From Phoronis australis (taxonomy: Eukaryota; Animalia; Phoronida), in NCBI GenBank assembly GCA_002633005.1, contig NMRA01000003.1, positions 1,091,452 to 1,155,451 of the forward strand: a stretch of 64,000 bases of DNA, given 5' to 3'. Made by a program: the position numbers and the translations under genes. The notes under the pieces were generated by a model. That model was not told the DNA's origin. It saw only the letters and a program-made list of their open reading frames with translations, and did not search any database. Shown one piece after another: positions 35,484-48,700 of the stretch (position 1 is its first letter; each line of letters starts with the position of its first letter).

Positions 35484-36769
35484 AGTATCATGTAATAACC
35501 CATACTCAATGACCTAGTGAAAACTGTATTCAACTCTAAACACTTTCTTCTGGATATGCTGTAACACCAAACAATGAACACACTAAATACATGGTAAGCA
35601 CTATTGGAGCCAGTAGGTTTGGCACTACAAGGACAACTTTCATGTTTGCGAGACAAGGCAAGCTAAGAGTGCAACGAAAATTGATAACACTTCATCATAA
35701 TTAAGAAACATAATTTACTAACCCTAAGTTTCAAGTCAAAAAGCTAGAAACTGGGGACAGAGATATTACTTATAGGAAGAATTATTAGTTGTTATAAAAT
35801 ATTACTGGATTCAGTTATTGGTATATATGCACGCGTGCACCCAGCCTAAAAATGGAGGCGCTTGAAATTTTGAGAATGTGGACCATTTATTAAGATTCAC
35901 GGGATACGTTCAGGGCTAAGAACTGTGCATTCGCTGAATTTTAGCAATTAGTGCCTATTTAGTGGACTTTTGTCTTGTTTTCTACTTTTTTCCGGAGTTT
36001 TTGTTTCTCTGCCCACTTCACCAAATGGGGGGTCTTTTGATCCCCCGGGTGCGCGCATGAATACATGAAGCAAACATAAAGTAATTATGTAATAGAGTAA
36101 AGTGTAAGTTGAAGCTGGAGTTTTACACCGAATATACTGCCAAAGCAACATGACGACAGACATGCACTAATTGGCCATCAATTAAAATATAATAAACTAA
36201 CTACCTACTTGATACAACTAACACTACCTACTTAAAGCATTTAAAGAAAGGACCAAAACATTGGCGGTGGTCCAATTGATTGTGTTTCAATTGTGAAATA
36301 ATTTTTTCCATCAGTCCAGATTGGCATCAGTTCAAGTTAAACTATATGGAGACAAATGAACAGCACTGGTTTGGCATTGGCCAAAAGCACAGATTCCTGT
36401 TAGTAAAAAGGAACACAGCACAAGAACAACAATTAAAACATTATACAAGAAGGTTCACGTTGACATTGCATCAAGTTATTCAGTATCAAAATACTTTGAA
36501 ATTAACGATAAATTTTGCAACCAGCTCCCAACATTACCAGAGCCATTTTATTCTAATAACCCAACGTATTCCTCTTGCACAAACCCAAGTGGATTAAAGT
36601 ATGCCACTTCCACAAGAGCAGAGCCCTCTACTGGCTGATTTAATTAACACCTCACCATGATGGCGACAAAACTAGAACAAGTGGTTGCTATACCAACTGG
36701 ATTTAAGCTTGAAACGATGTTGGTCTTAACAAGCTGGATAGTCGACAGCACGTGTAGTGCTAACCACTT

Positions 36770-39700
36770 TCATTCTGGAACTGTTAGTCGTAATCCAGCC
36801 ATTAGTGCAGCGCTTATTGCCCCAGATACAGGTAGTGTGACAATCCAGGCTAAGACGATATTGCGAAAGATTTTCCAGTCGACATTCTCCCTCGAGCGAA
36901 ACCTTCCAATAGCGACGACGGAGCCAACTTTACAGTGGGTCGTGCTCACGGGTATTCCCACGTTAGAAGCTATCAGCACCGTTAGCGCTGAGCCAATCTC
37001 AATACAGAACCCACTGAAAGAAGAACGAGCAGATTTCAACCATTAGCTTACAAAAATCAAAGAACATTTTTGTCAGTTCTGCATAGAACGTTTAATCAGG
37101 TGTTCTTAAGGATAGCAGAATCAAACCTGGTTAAATTTAGAACATCATACCTCAATAATGGCTGACAGGATTCAAATGATCCATTTTTGCACGATGGACT
37201 ATCAAAAGTAGGACCTAAATTATTATTTTTATTAAACAATCTCATAAGTTGTATGAAATGAAAACGTAATGATAATTAAGAAAACTGTAGCAACAGTTTT
37301 TGAGCATTTATATCAAACGAAATTCGGTTATGCAAAATTAATGAATGTACAATTCTTTTTTGATAAATTTTACAAAAAATGTGATAACTTATGTTTCAAT
37401 GACGAGGTAAATTTTGGAACCAAAAAAATTATTGTCCAAAAATATAAAGAGATCAAACAGAAGTTTTAAAGTCCCAAATTCAAAAGACCAGAAGTAAAAA
37501 CGTTTACCGCAACATCTCAGACGTGTTAAAAGAGCAAATTATGAAAATGTGCAGAAATAAAGCCTTTGACAAGCCAAGGCTAGCATATATGAATGATTAC
37601 CAGTGGATTTCTAACACAACTCGGTTTAAATAAATAAGAGATTAAAGTGGGTCAAATGAGATAACTGATAAAAAATAACTTACCTGGATGGTGTGATCTT
37701 TGTGAGGTCATCACCAAGCGTTTTAATGACACGGCGACCCCAAACCCAAAGACCAATAGACATACAGACACCACCATAAAGCAGCAACCATATTGGTGTG
37801 GGTGCCTTCTGCATTACATTGCCTTCAGTGGCAATCAACCACAGAGCCACCAATGGGCCAATAGCATTGCTAAAAATGAAAAGATTAATAATTTATGGAC
37901 TGGCTTGATACTTAAATTTTCAGTCGATAGCAAGAATTTCTCAGAAGAGGTATGCAGTATGAGGGTAATATACTTTCACTAAACTGACAATGTGGTGTCC
38001 CTTCCAAAAACTATCAATTGATCCCTAATTACACCATGACTAAAACTGATAAAACATCAAAGTATAATGGACTATAATTCCTGCATGAAGCTATTAACTC
38101 CAGCCAATCAAGGCACAAGGGCATGAAAACACTAAAATTGGCCTCAATCTTACTTTGGATTCATAACTCCTAAATTTTTGTCAGCTATAACATACAAGGC
38201 CCTCTATATTGGGGCCAAATATCAGCACCCTTCCCCTTTCACAAATATCAAAAAATTACACAAATTTCCTCTTTTCAAGTCAAAAAATTCCCCTCTCAAC
38301 GATCAAAAATTCCCCTCTGATATATATACCATTATCATGAAAAGCAATGTGACAAATAAACCTCACAAAAATTCTCCTCTTGGCAAAAACGGCGCTAAAG
38401 CTCCCCTCCTCATTAAAAATGCTGCAAAAATTGCCCCTTAAAAAGGTACAGGCAGCTGTCTCAGATGAATGACGGCCCTGACGTACCTCACATCATTGCC
38501 ACCATGAGCAAAGGAACCAAAGACAGCTGTCAATACTTGAAGGAATGAAAATAGTTTGGCTGCTTCAGGTTTATCCTTTATTTCTTCACGTGCATGAACA
38601 AGATGCTACAACACAAAACACTGATGTAAGGACACTTACTAATACACGATGCTCATCACAAACATTGCCTTGCATTAACTACTCCCATATGGAATAGATT
38701 TAAACCAAGACTAAAGACAAACTTGAACCTACACATATAATAAGATGACATTAATGAAATATTACAAAAACCAACACCGAGCGTTGATATGCACCAACTG
38801 TATGCATCGCATATAGCTCAGATACAAAGAATGATTACTATTTTAAACATTCCCACTAGAGGGAGCAATGTTAGTAAACTTGAAATAGCTTCTGGGTGGT
38901 GCATAGCAAGTCAGCAATGCACTTCTCAATAGGAACACACCTGCCAAGCCCGTAAAGAAATTAAAACTTACAATGGGGGCACAGTGGTAGTCAGATATGC
39001 AGATACGTCCAAACATCCTCATCTGTTATGACGTTCATAGAAATACACTTGCCAAATTTCACAAAGATCCATAAGGGAGAAGCAGCTTAGAACATGAAAA
39101 AACCAAACTGCCACTAGGGGGTGCCATACCGTTAAAAAAATTGTCAGCCATGCTCTTCCCAGTAGGAACACATTTAACAATTATAAAACCATTCTTGCAG
39201 TGGTTTGGCCAATAGACAGATTGATGTCAAAAACAGACTAAAACATAATAAAAAAACAATCACTAGGAGGCATACAGTACGACAAACCCATCTGACAAAT
39301 TCTATATAAAAATCCATCAAGGAACTCCAAAGAAGAAAATGGAGAAAAATATAATTGCCACTAGTGGGGAAAGCGGGAGTCGGATCCGTCTGAACGTCGT
39401 TGTCATCTGTTACTACCTGCATGCAAATAAACTTGCCAAATTTAACAAAGATCTCGCAGAGGGTAAGGAAATACAGCCACGGATGCAATGAAAACAAAAC
39501 TGCCATAAGGAGGCAACACAGTAGTTGGCACCGTCACAACTCCTCTAAGAACATATATGTCAATCATCCTAAGAGTTAGTTGGCTTACAGCGAGGTGGAC
39601 TCCAAAAACTGACTAAAAATCGGCCACTACGTCAAAACCAACTGACAACAGTAAGATGTCATCACCTGTTTAATAGAAATCAATTTACCAAATTTCATAA

Positions 39701-42700
39701 AAATCTGTCCAGGAACTGCAAAGATACAAAGGAAAACAGAAAAATATAAAATTGCCAACTGACGGCACAGCATTTCTTGTATCTGCCCGAAAGTCACCTG
39801 TTGTCACCTTGATATAAATGAAAGGAGCATATCTGCAAAATTTCATGAACATACGTCAAGGGGTTTTGAAGATACAGCAACGGACACCGGACGGACAGAA
39901 GGCCGGCCACACAAACAGAGATGACGACAAAATGCCCCCACATATAAATATGTGGGCACATAAAAATACAACACACAAACTTAAACAATTCTAGATAAAA
40001 CAATTTCTTACATATCATACGAAAAATTTTTGCAACAACAAATGACGGACAAGAAAGAATACTTCCTGAGTTAGTGAACTATAACTGAACATAACATCAA
40101 CCAGTGTTACATGAATATTAACAGAGAGAACAAACAGAAGGATGTGATTTGACTGATCTGTTGTCTTAAAGAAGGGCTCACCTCATGGCCATCGGACTCA
40201 TCACTATTGCCACTAGAGGGCGTATCTGGGATAGGTAGTTTGGCATCTTCAGCATTGGCTGAGACTAGTGGGCCATTTGAGTCGGACAGCTTATCAACAT
40301 TATACACACTGTCTAACAGCCCGACTGACGATGTGTTCTTCTGAAAATGAAAAACTTACTTTAGCTGTGAATGACATCTGCTAGTATACAAGAGCAATCT
40401 TTCAGTCAAATCACAGTCGGTCATTAAACTTAACAAAAACTTAACACAATACATCAGAATTTGCATTCATCATTCAAGGTGGTGCATTGAAAAATAAATG
40501 ACCCCAAAATGTCAATTCTAGGCATTGCTTGGTATGCTTTAAAGGGGAATGCTACCTTTTTAAAATGCAGTTTTGGTCAATTTGGCAAAATATTCTGTGT
40601 AACGTAAATTGAACCTTTTCTGAACATGAAAATAAAAATAAAGTTTTCTTCAAACCGAAAGTGTGACACACCAAGCAATCTGAATATATCAGGTGATACA
40701 ATTAAGTTCTTCTCCCACATTTCTACTCTGTACAACTATGCTCAGTGGCCAACACACCAGTTCATTTGCATTTCACGCCTCTGTACATAATAATTTCCCT
40801 TCAGACTTGAGAAATTATGCCAGAAACTGGCTACAAAACTAATACAATCTGTTGTGATTTTGCTAATCAGACACACAGCATTTGCCGCGTGTGAACTGGT
40901 CGCAATGTCACAATCTCCGATTTGAAGCAACTCAAAAGGTTCAGAATATCTTTTAACATGCTTAAAACCACCAATTTCATATAAAAGTACAAACACAACC
41001 CCACCATTCGATCAGATGTCAAATTAGAACACCCGCAAACACTAATCAGCTGATCATAAGTTACGATTATTTATTGGTCGATAAATACTTTGTAGAATCG
41101 GGACAACCAGTCAGAGCATTAATCATCTTTTATTATGTTTAGTGTGAAGTCATCAGATAATACTCTTTACGTTCCCTGTGGTTTATGGTGTAAATGGTAT
41201 ATCAAAGAATGGTGAGGCTGTGGGTTTGTGGGAGTGGCGACAACTCCGTATTTGAGCACGCTGTGTCTCTTTTCACTTTCCCACGAGATATCGCAGACAT
41301 GATACAAGAAACTCGAGTGTTGGTGGACGTGACACAATGGCGCTGGGTACATTCATGTCATACTCACATCCTTGAAACTATAATTGAAAGTAGCTTTTCT
41401 TCTATTTTCACGTTTTTGGGATACTAAATTCGGGGTTGTGATATGCTGTGCTATAAAGGAAGGTTTAATGATGTGACAGTGTAGTCACTTATCAAAAAAG
41501 GTGAATGGTGGTTCTAAGGACTTTCACAGATAAAAGACCTTCTAAAAAGGCAACATCCCCTTTCAAAACCTAAACTTCAGTCAGCCAACTCTTCGTACAT
41601 GTACGTATAAGATGAAGTAAGCCACACCTCACCTTCATAACAACACCTATGGCCATGTGACGTGGAGGTGTAGTCGCCCCAGCTGGGGTAGTGAACTCAG
41701 TCTCTGCTTGTTGGCAACCATCTATAATGGACATGCAATTAGTGGGAGCAAATCAAGACACTGGAATTCCAAATTCTACATTATTATGGCTGGGAAATTC
41801 AACTATTGCAACATCAACAGACATAACACATTGGATCTAGAACCGAGTGATCATCAAAGAACAAAGGTGAGAGAAATGCACCCTCTCTGTAGGCCACATA
41901 TAAGTGAAAGCAATAGCGACATTTAATGCCTAAAGTTCAAATCAGCCTTGGACTTAAGCCTCGATGAAATCTGCTTTCAAACAGCTGCAAACTTAACAAG
42001 TCATTTCTAACCTCAGAAGCAAAATTGGCTTGTGTTCAGATTGCCACCAGAGGGCAGTCAGATTTGTATCAAGTTCCCATGCACATTATTTACCAGGCTC
42101 ACTGGTTCACAAATACTTGCCTTCATTTGTGCCTAAGTAAGAAGCATCAGCATTACTGTTTACATTGGCGCTCGCCTCTTCAATATTGCCAAGATCAAGG
42201 GGCGGCACACTGACAGGAGCCCCTTCCTCCTCAGAGTTACGCCTCGACACCCTGGTCTGGAAGAGTACTTTAGTGCTCTGCATGTCTTCGCTCACATTCT
42301 CCGAAGAGTTGGCCACAGTGTATGCACACTCCGCTATTAGGAAAGCGAAACGCTAGATTAAGGAACTGGTTGTATTAGACTGAACATGAAGACAGCTAGA
42401 GACCCCTACGGGCAAAAGAAAACGGATGGAATAACAAGTTGGGTTTTAAGATCAACAAGACTCAACTTTAAAGGTAGAGTAATCACAAAATGTACAGCAT
42501 TATCAGTAGAATTGGTATCAATTTAAAGTACATTGCACCAGTTCGCAACAGAGAATATCAAGAGGAACCAAGACTTAATACAAGTTTCACACAACTACAT
42601 TTTCCAAATTTTGCTTGAAGGTGATGGCAGCTGAGTCTAGAGAAGAGTTTATTTTTTTCAGAATATAACTGATTCATTACACCTATATTACCTTGTATTT

Positions 42701-45700
42701 TCTTCCGATGCCAGGGAACCAGAAATAGACGCACGGCAATAGCTACTAGGCCACCAGACCCAAAACTAATTATAAACACCCCCCATAGCGGTATACGGTC
42801 AAGATAAAGCACTGAAAAAGAAAAAAAAATCAGTAATAACAACTTATTTCAGAAAAAATAAGAACTGCTTGAAAGTAAGCTAAACAAGGGTGTTCAATTA
42901 TAGCGTACTCAAAATTAAATGACTGCAGAATGGGTTAATGAACCACAGCAGTGATATTCCACATATTCAGTGTAAACAGTATCGAGCGAATAATAGATTT
43001 ACAGTTCATCTTAGAGACAAGATAACATCAATTCTTACTTTCTGGCCCCTCATAAAATATAGAGAAGAAGTTGATCACCACAGTGAATCCGTAGAAGAGA
43101 GGTAACAGTTGAAGACCAGGTTCTAACGGCCGCTCCTGCAAACCAAACATGATCAAAGAATGATTTGGGAAAATGGGAGATTTTCAGGAAGCAATGGGGG
43201 TAATCACGCTCATATCGCCACCTAGTTGTACCAGGAGGTACTAATGTTCGCAGCGGGAGGCACAGGGAAACAGTTTGATTTCGCGAAAAGAGCTTTTTAT
43301 CATGTATGTGATTAAAAAAATGCTTTCTCGACCTCTAGAGGCCACTGGTATCCGGTCCCGCGTGACCAGTCGCCAAGTTGCTATTTGAAAGTCTCCCATT
43401 ATCTATGAAACACAGAATCCAACAAGCTTGTTTGCACTAGAACTAGTTTTTACACTTAGAAAATATACAAACAAGGCACAAGGTAGATAACATGATCTGA
43501 CCAAAATGACGTGAATTCAAGATGAATTAGGTTGGTTTTAGATAGAAAAGCAAAGCCAAGTTTTTACGATAAGCAAGCGAGATTCAATTTCTGCAATATC
43601 AGGGTATATGTTACAAGTTAGTCTTCTTAATTAATAACTGGGGTCAAACCATCATATTCTGTAAAAACTTGACCCTTGGGCCACACTTTGACTAGCGTTA
43701 ACAATACAGCACATTCTTTTCTTGACTTTTATTCAAACAGCAACACCATAATGGAGGGGACAACTTGGTTTTAGGGATCAGTGTTTAAATAGTTGTCTTG
43801 TGTTTTTGACATGTCCTTTACCTTATAACAGGACACATGCTGAATGACATCAATATCTTACACCTCTCCTGTACCTCTTTAGAACCTTTCACAGTTAAAA
43901 CGCCTTAAAAAGGGTGTCTCACAGCAATTTTTGAGTTCATTAGTCTGAAAATTACTAACAAATTGAATGTTTCCTTCCCATAAGCGAAAGTATTGTGGAA
44001 TCACCCTCAAACACACACGTGCTTTGTTAACAAATCAAATGTGTGTTTACTGTAAGAATGGAACAAATGTGAATTCTGTTACTTTGAACTTCCTCTAACT
44101 TCTCAAGGTGCGTATAACAAAAACTGTGACTTGATGGGATTAACAATTTAATGCCTTACCTTGTTTAAAACAAACCATCTTATCACAAAGAAGACTGATA
44201 TGGAGACCAACCCAGACAGCACTGGTGAGATGAACCAAGAGCCAACTGAAACAGATATAATACATGTGAATAACTTTCAGATATGTGTGCACACGCATGT
44301 ATCCAAGCATGTGTGTACTGTGTTATGTGTTTCCTGTCTACTTACATCCTCCACAAGGTAGTGTCATAAAGATCAGTTTTCACCAGTAACACATATCTCC
44401 GTGTTCATAGAAGCAGTACAATGAATATTTACCTTACATACCATTACGGCACCTTATTATTCATAACTCACTACAGACAATGTTTGCGGTGTCACAAAAC
44501 CGGTAATGGTTTAATGTTACAGCTATCTAAATACATCAAAACACAGGTTTCTCCAACTTCATGAGGCAAGAGACAGCCATGACACAACCAAAGTTGTAAA
44601 TGCATAGATTGGATACCACATGCAAAATATTAAGTTTTCTCCTTTTTCCTGAACTATGCAGATTTTTTGTCCAGAATAAACACAGCATCTTTGTTGAACA
44701 GACCCCATACATTAATAATGGCAATGTAATGAGTACTGTTCTTCTAGACAAGTCACTTGTCAAAATCAAACTACAACAGATAAATGCTATGCAACATCTT
44801 GCTATTTTTTTGGAAATTAACCAGATGACTGTACTACGGACAAATGGCTGCAACGGCTAAATTTAATGTAGCATACGTGATGCTCACTTGCATTGTCCAA
44901 GAACTACTTTTGATTATGCTTCACTTTCGACCACTTGCCACAGCAATGAAAGCAATCTGAGGAACAATACTTGGCGAAATGAACGGAAATTGAGGAAGAT
45001 GGTGAAAGGGAGAATCACTTAACAAGGGGCACCAACGACAAAGCAGCATCACCCAAGACAGCAACGCCCACAGAACCAATGATGATGCATCGTCATCAAA
45101 AACAGCAGCCCACGACACCAACGAAATGTGACTGAAATAGTACTCATTTTGGTTTATGAGTATTGAGTGACATAAGGTACTTGGTGAAAGCCGTTCAAAC
45201 ACAGTACTGCAGAGGTTATAAGTCAACAAGTTTGACTTGAAAGCACTGGGACAAATTGCGCAGCGTCATCAGTGATCTCATGATTGAGAGCCTGAAGTAA
45301 AGATTGTGTTATGAAAGCCTAGTGTATGATTGTAAGTAATTGGACAACTCCCACCGTAGTTCTTTTTTTCAACACCATAACATTGAAGAAGGGAAAGGCT
45401 TAATTTAATGTTTGATGATTTTGATAAATGTATGTTGCTGCTGGATGATACTCCTTTGGTCCAAATAATAAAAAAAAATAAAAAATTGCATTTACACTGA
45501 ACCGGCGTGTTTACAGATGTATATAATAACATGTTAATGACAAACTTACATTGCATTGTCACCGATACCTGAGATATCTACTCATTATTATTTTCTTTCA
45601 GTGAAAAGACTTTAAACAACTTTTATGGTAGTTTTCCTATTTCTGGATATTCATAAGTGTAACAGATACCTACAATCATCCTTATTAACGCTCCTAATCA

Positions 45701-48700
45701 AAAATATGATAAATTAATGTTGATGGCTAATTAACTAAGAACGCATTTATGTATTCCCTGAGCTACAAACTTGATACAAAATTCAAATTTACTTATTTTA
45801 CTTGATACCCTCTAACTGGATATTTCTCAACTTTTTTTAGTACAGAAGACGACTTTGAAAACATGCATGATGAAGTGAAAAGACTATAAGTATTTGGGAG
45901 CTAATGCTCACCACCACCAACACTGTGCCAGTCACCAATTCCTATTGTGGACAGACACCTTAAATAAATGGATTGTAACAAGTCTGCATTCCACTGAAAA
46001 GTGCAGACCCTGAAGTTTTGCAGAGACCTGAAAGGCTATACAATCCCTGCATTTAAGGATTTGGTGTCACGTGTAGATTGCGTCATGTGTAGATTGCGTC
46101 ACATGTAGATTGTGCTCTTGAGACAGCCAAAATTATCCTGCTACAGCTCTTTACGCCTGAAATTCTTTTTTATTTTATCACCAACATTTATTAACTGGTT
46201 ATAAAATACTCAACCTATGGGATCTACTGTAATGTACCAAGAGAAGTTCACAGTGATATATGATTTTAGTTCATGTATGAGGCTAAGCATACAAATGTCG
46301 CAAAAAACATGACAATCTACAGGTAGTCAGTATTTAAGAGATTTTTCAAAATGTTTACAAAGGTTGGCACATTTCAATGATGCCAAAAGGGTCCAACAAA
46401 CATCTAAAACACTATTTTTTATTCAATGAGGTATGATAATAATACTTGCGCAAATTTATATTTAAGGTTTTGCAATGTTCAGTTGTCTATGATTTTATTC
46501 TTGCATGACAGATTGTTGAATGGAGATTGTAAACTGTTCTTATCTCTTGAAGAGGTTTAAAACAATGCATCTTATTTTCAAGAGTTGATTTTTTATAGAA
46601 AATACTTTCAATTGATTTTTTATAGCTAGAAAAATTGAATGGTCATTGAACAGCTATTGAATTTTTTAATGAATATGGAATGGAATTCAATTGACTCTGA
46701 ACTGCATGGAGAATTCTAGTTGAATAGCTATTGAATATGCTAAAAGGGCCTTTCATACTAACTTCAATGCGTCGATGGTTTGGGGAATTGCGGTCAGTAT
46801 GAACACTTAACTCTGGTTCTGGATCGCAATTACCAGCTCCAGTTAACATCGCAGTTAACAGGTGGATTTAATAGCGTGCAGCGTAGACGCTGCGGTGCAG
46901 TATGAACAGTTAATTTCTGTCCAATCAAAGTTATCGCTAGATGCCACTGTCATGTCAACATTTACAGGGTAGTGCCGTCACTAATAGCTGCTTAAATTTT
47001 GCTCTAATAATAACCAGTCGATTTAAAAATAAGTTTAATGTCAATTAGCAAGAGTAAATGTTCCCAAATTGTCACAAAAATCTTAGCGTGCAGCGCTACC
47101 TTGCGATAACTTTGATGATGACAGCGTCACCTCCCATTTACTTCGATGTTCATAAACTACCGAAGCCAGTGAACGGTCCAGTTAACTGCGCTGTTTACGC
47201 CGATGCTCCGCTCAGACAGGAGTTAAGTCAATATGAAAGGGCCTAAAGAATTGAATCAATTCATTTACATGGGAAAAACTTCAATCGAATCTCACTTCAA
47301 TTCTTGTCCTATTAGCTTGCTGATTTATATTTTTCCCAAGCTAAACAAGACGAACTGCAACTTTAAAACTGGTCTAATCTCCCAAAAATTCTAAACCTTA
47401 GAGCGATAAGTCAAAGTAGGTTGTTGAGAACGCTGAATTGGCACATAAAGACAACCCAGACCTGATACTGAGTGCAGGCTCGGTGAACACAGAAATCACC
47501 CAGACATACTCAGTATAGCTATTTCACTTGATTAGACACTTTACTTTTTATCGCATAATTTTAGAAACAGAATGCCCACTAACAGTTAATAAAACAATCT
47601 GAACATTGGAGCAGCTGGAACCAGTGAACTGTTTACAAGTAATGATGTCAAGATATACTAGACATTAAGACACTGAGGTCAACAAAAACATGATACGTCA
47701 TTAATGAGTTTCATTTTTAGGCTTGCCAATGTAACCCCAGTTCACTGAGATAGCACAACACACTATCTCATTTTTAAGAAACAGTAAACACTGGAAGGAT
47801 GAAGGTATACCAATATAGAAAGGTATGAACTTATCTTATTGCATACCACAACAGGCCAAGGTAATTTGTACAAGGGTAAACACATTGCCATATGTCTCAG
47901 CTTAATACAGGGCTGGGTAAAAGTTATGCAGAGTGGGAAAATTACGCATCTGCATGAAAAATTGCAATTTTTGTCCCATAAAATGAGGACCTGTCACCTT
48001 GTGGTTAATCTGTTCTTAACAGAGAATAACAAAGACAAATTTCTACCATCTCACTGGTGTTTTTTTTACCGTACTAGTCCAGTGCCCTTAAAATGGGAAC
48101 TCAATCACATGATGAGGATTAGGCAGAGCATCAACACTTAAAAACAAAATGATTGACAAGTCAGCGTGGATGCTTACCCAAAAGTTTGATTGGTTTAATG
48201 TCCACAAAGCAACTTTGATGTTACATTTCCCATGCAAGATTATAGGCAATGACGGGAGGGACGCATGGAGTGATGCCTAGCTTTTTATGCAAGAGACAAG
48301 CTTACTACACGTTGCTTACGTGAAAGGTTTAACATTTTTTTTGTATACAAATACAATATTAAAATAAACACAAGCTGTCTCGTTCAGTAGAGAGAATTAA
48401 AAGTACGGCTATATATTTGCCATTAGAAGGTTCTGTGGAAATGGACAGATTGTTCGGCAAAGTTGAGTCAGTTGTGTACTCTTGGGAGCTAAAATTGTGG
48501 AAAGTTCATGAAAACTTGGACACTTAAGACTGGGCGGTAAGACGAACACTGGCATTAATCCACACCAGTATTGTATTCACTTTAGATTATTGAAGTATGG
48601 GCAATGGAAACTTGTCAATTCAAAGAACCCCCACAGCACATGAACAGATGCCGCAGACTAGAAATGACCGAGAGGTCAATACACCAAAAACAGCAATCAA

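Noticed and set aside
35718-35727. CTAACCCTAA, like a telomerase RNA template
   Set aside because: Isolated 10-mer in AT-rich sequence with no pseudoknot or H/ACA-like context.
40207-40223. Satellite-like core TTGCCACTAGAGGGCG within SLC20 exon 9
   Set aside because: No flanking similarity to the repeat monomer, so exonisation is not supported; it could be a chance or isolated CTCF-like site.
41171-41377. 207-nt candidate extra SLC20 exon with AG/GT ends
   Set aside because: Stops occur in all three entry phases, and exons 8 and 9 already join in frame.
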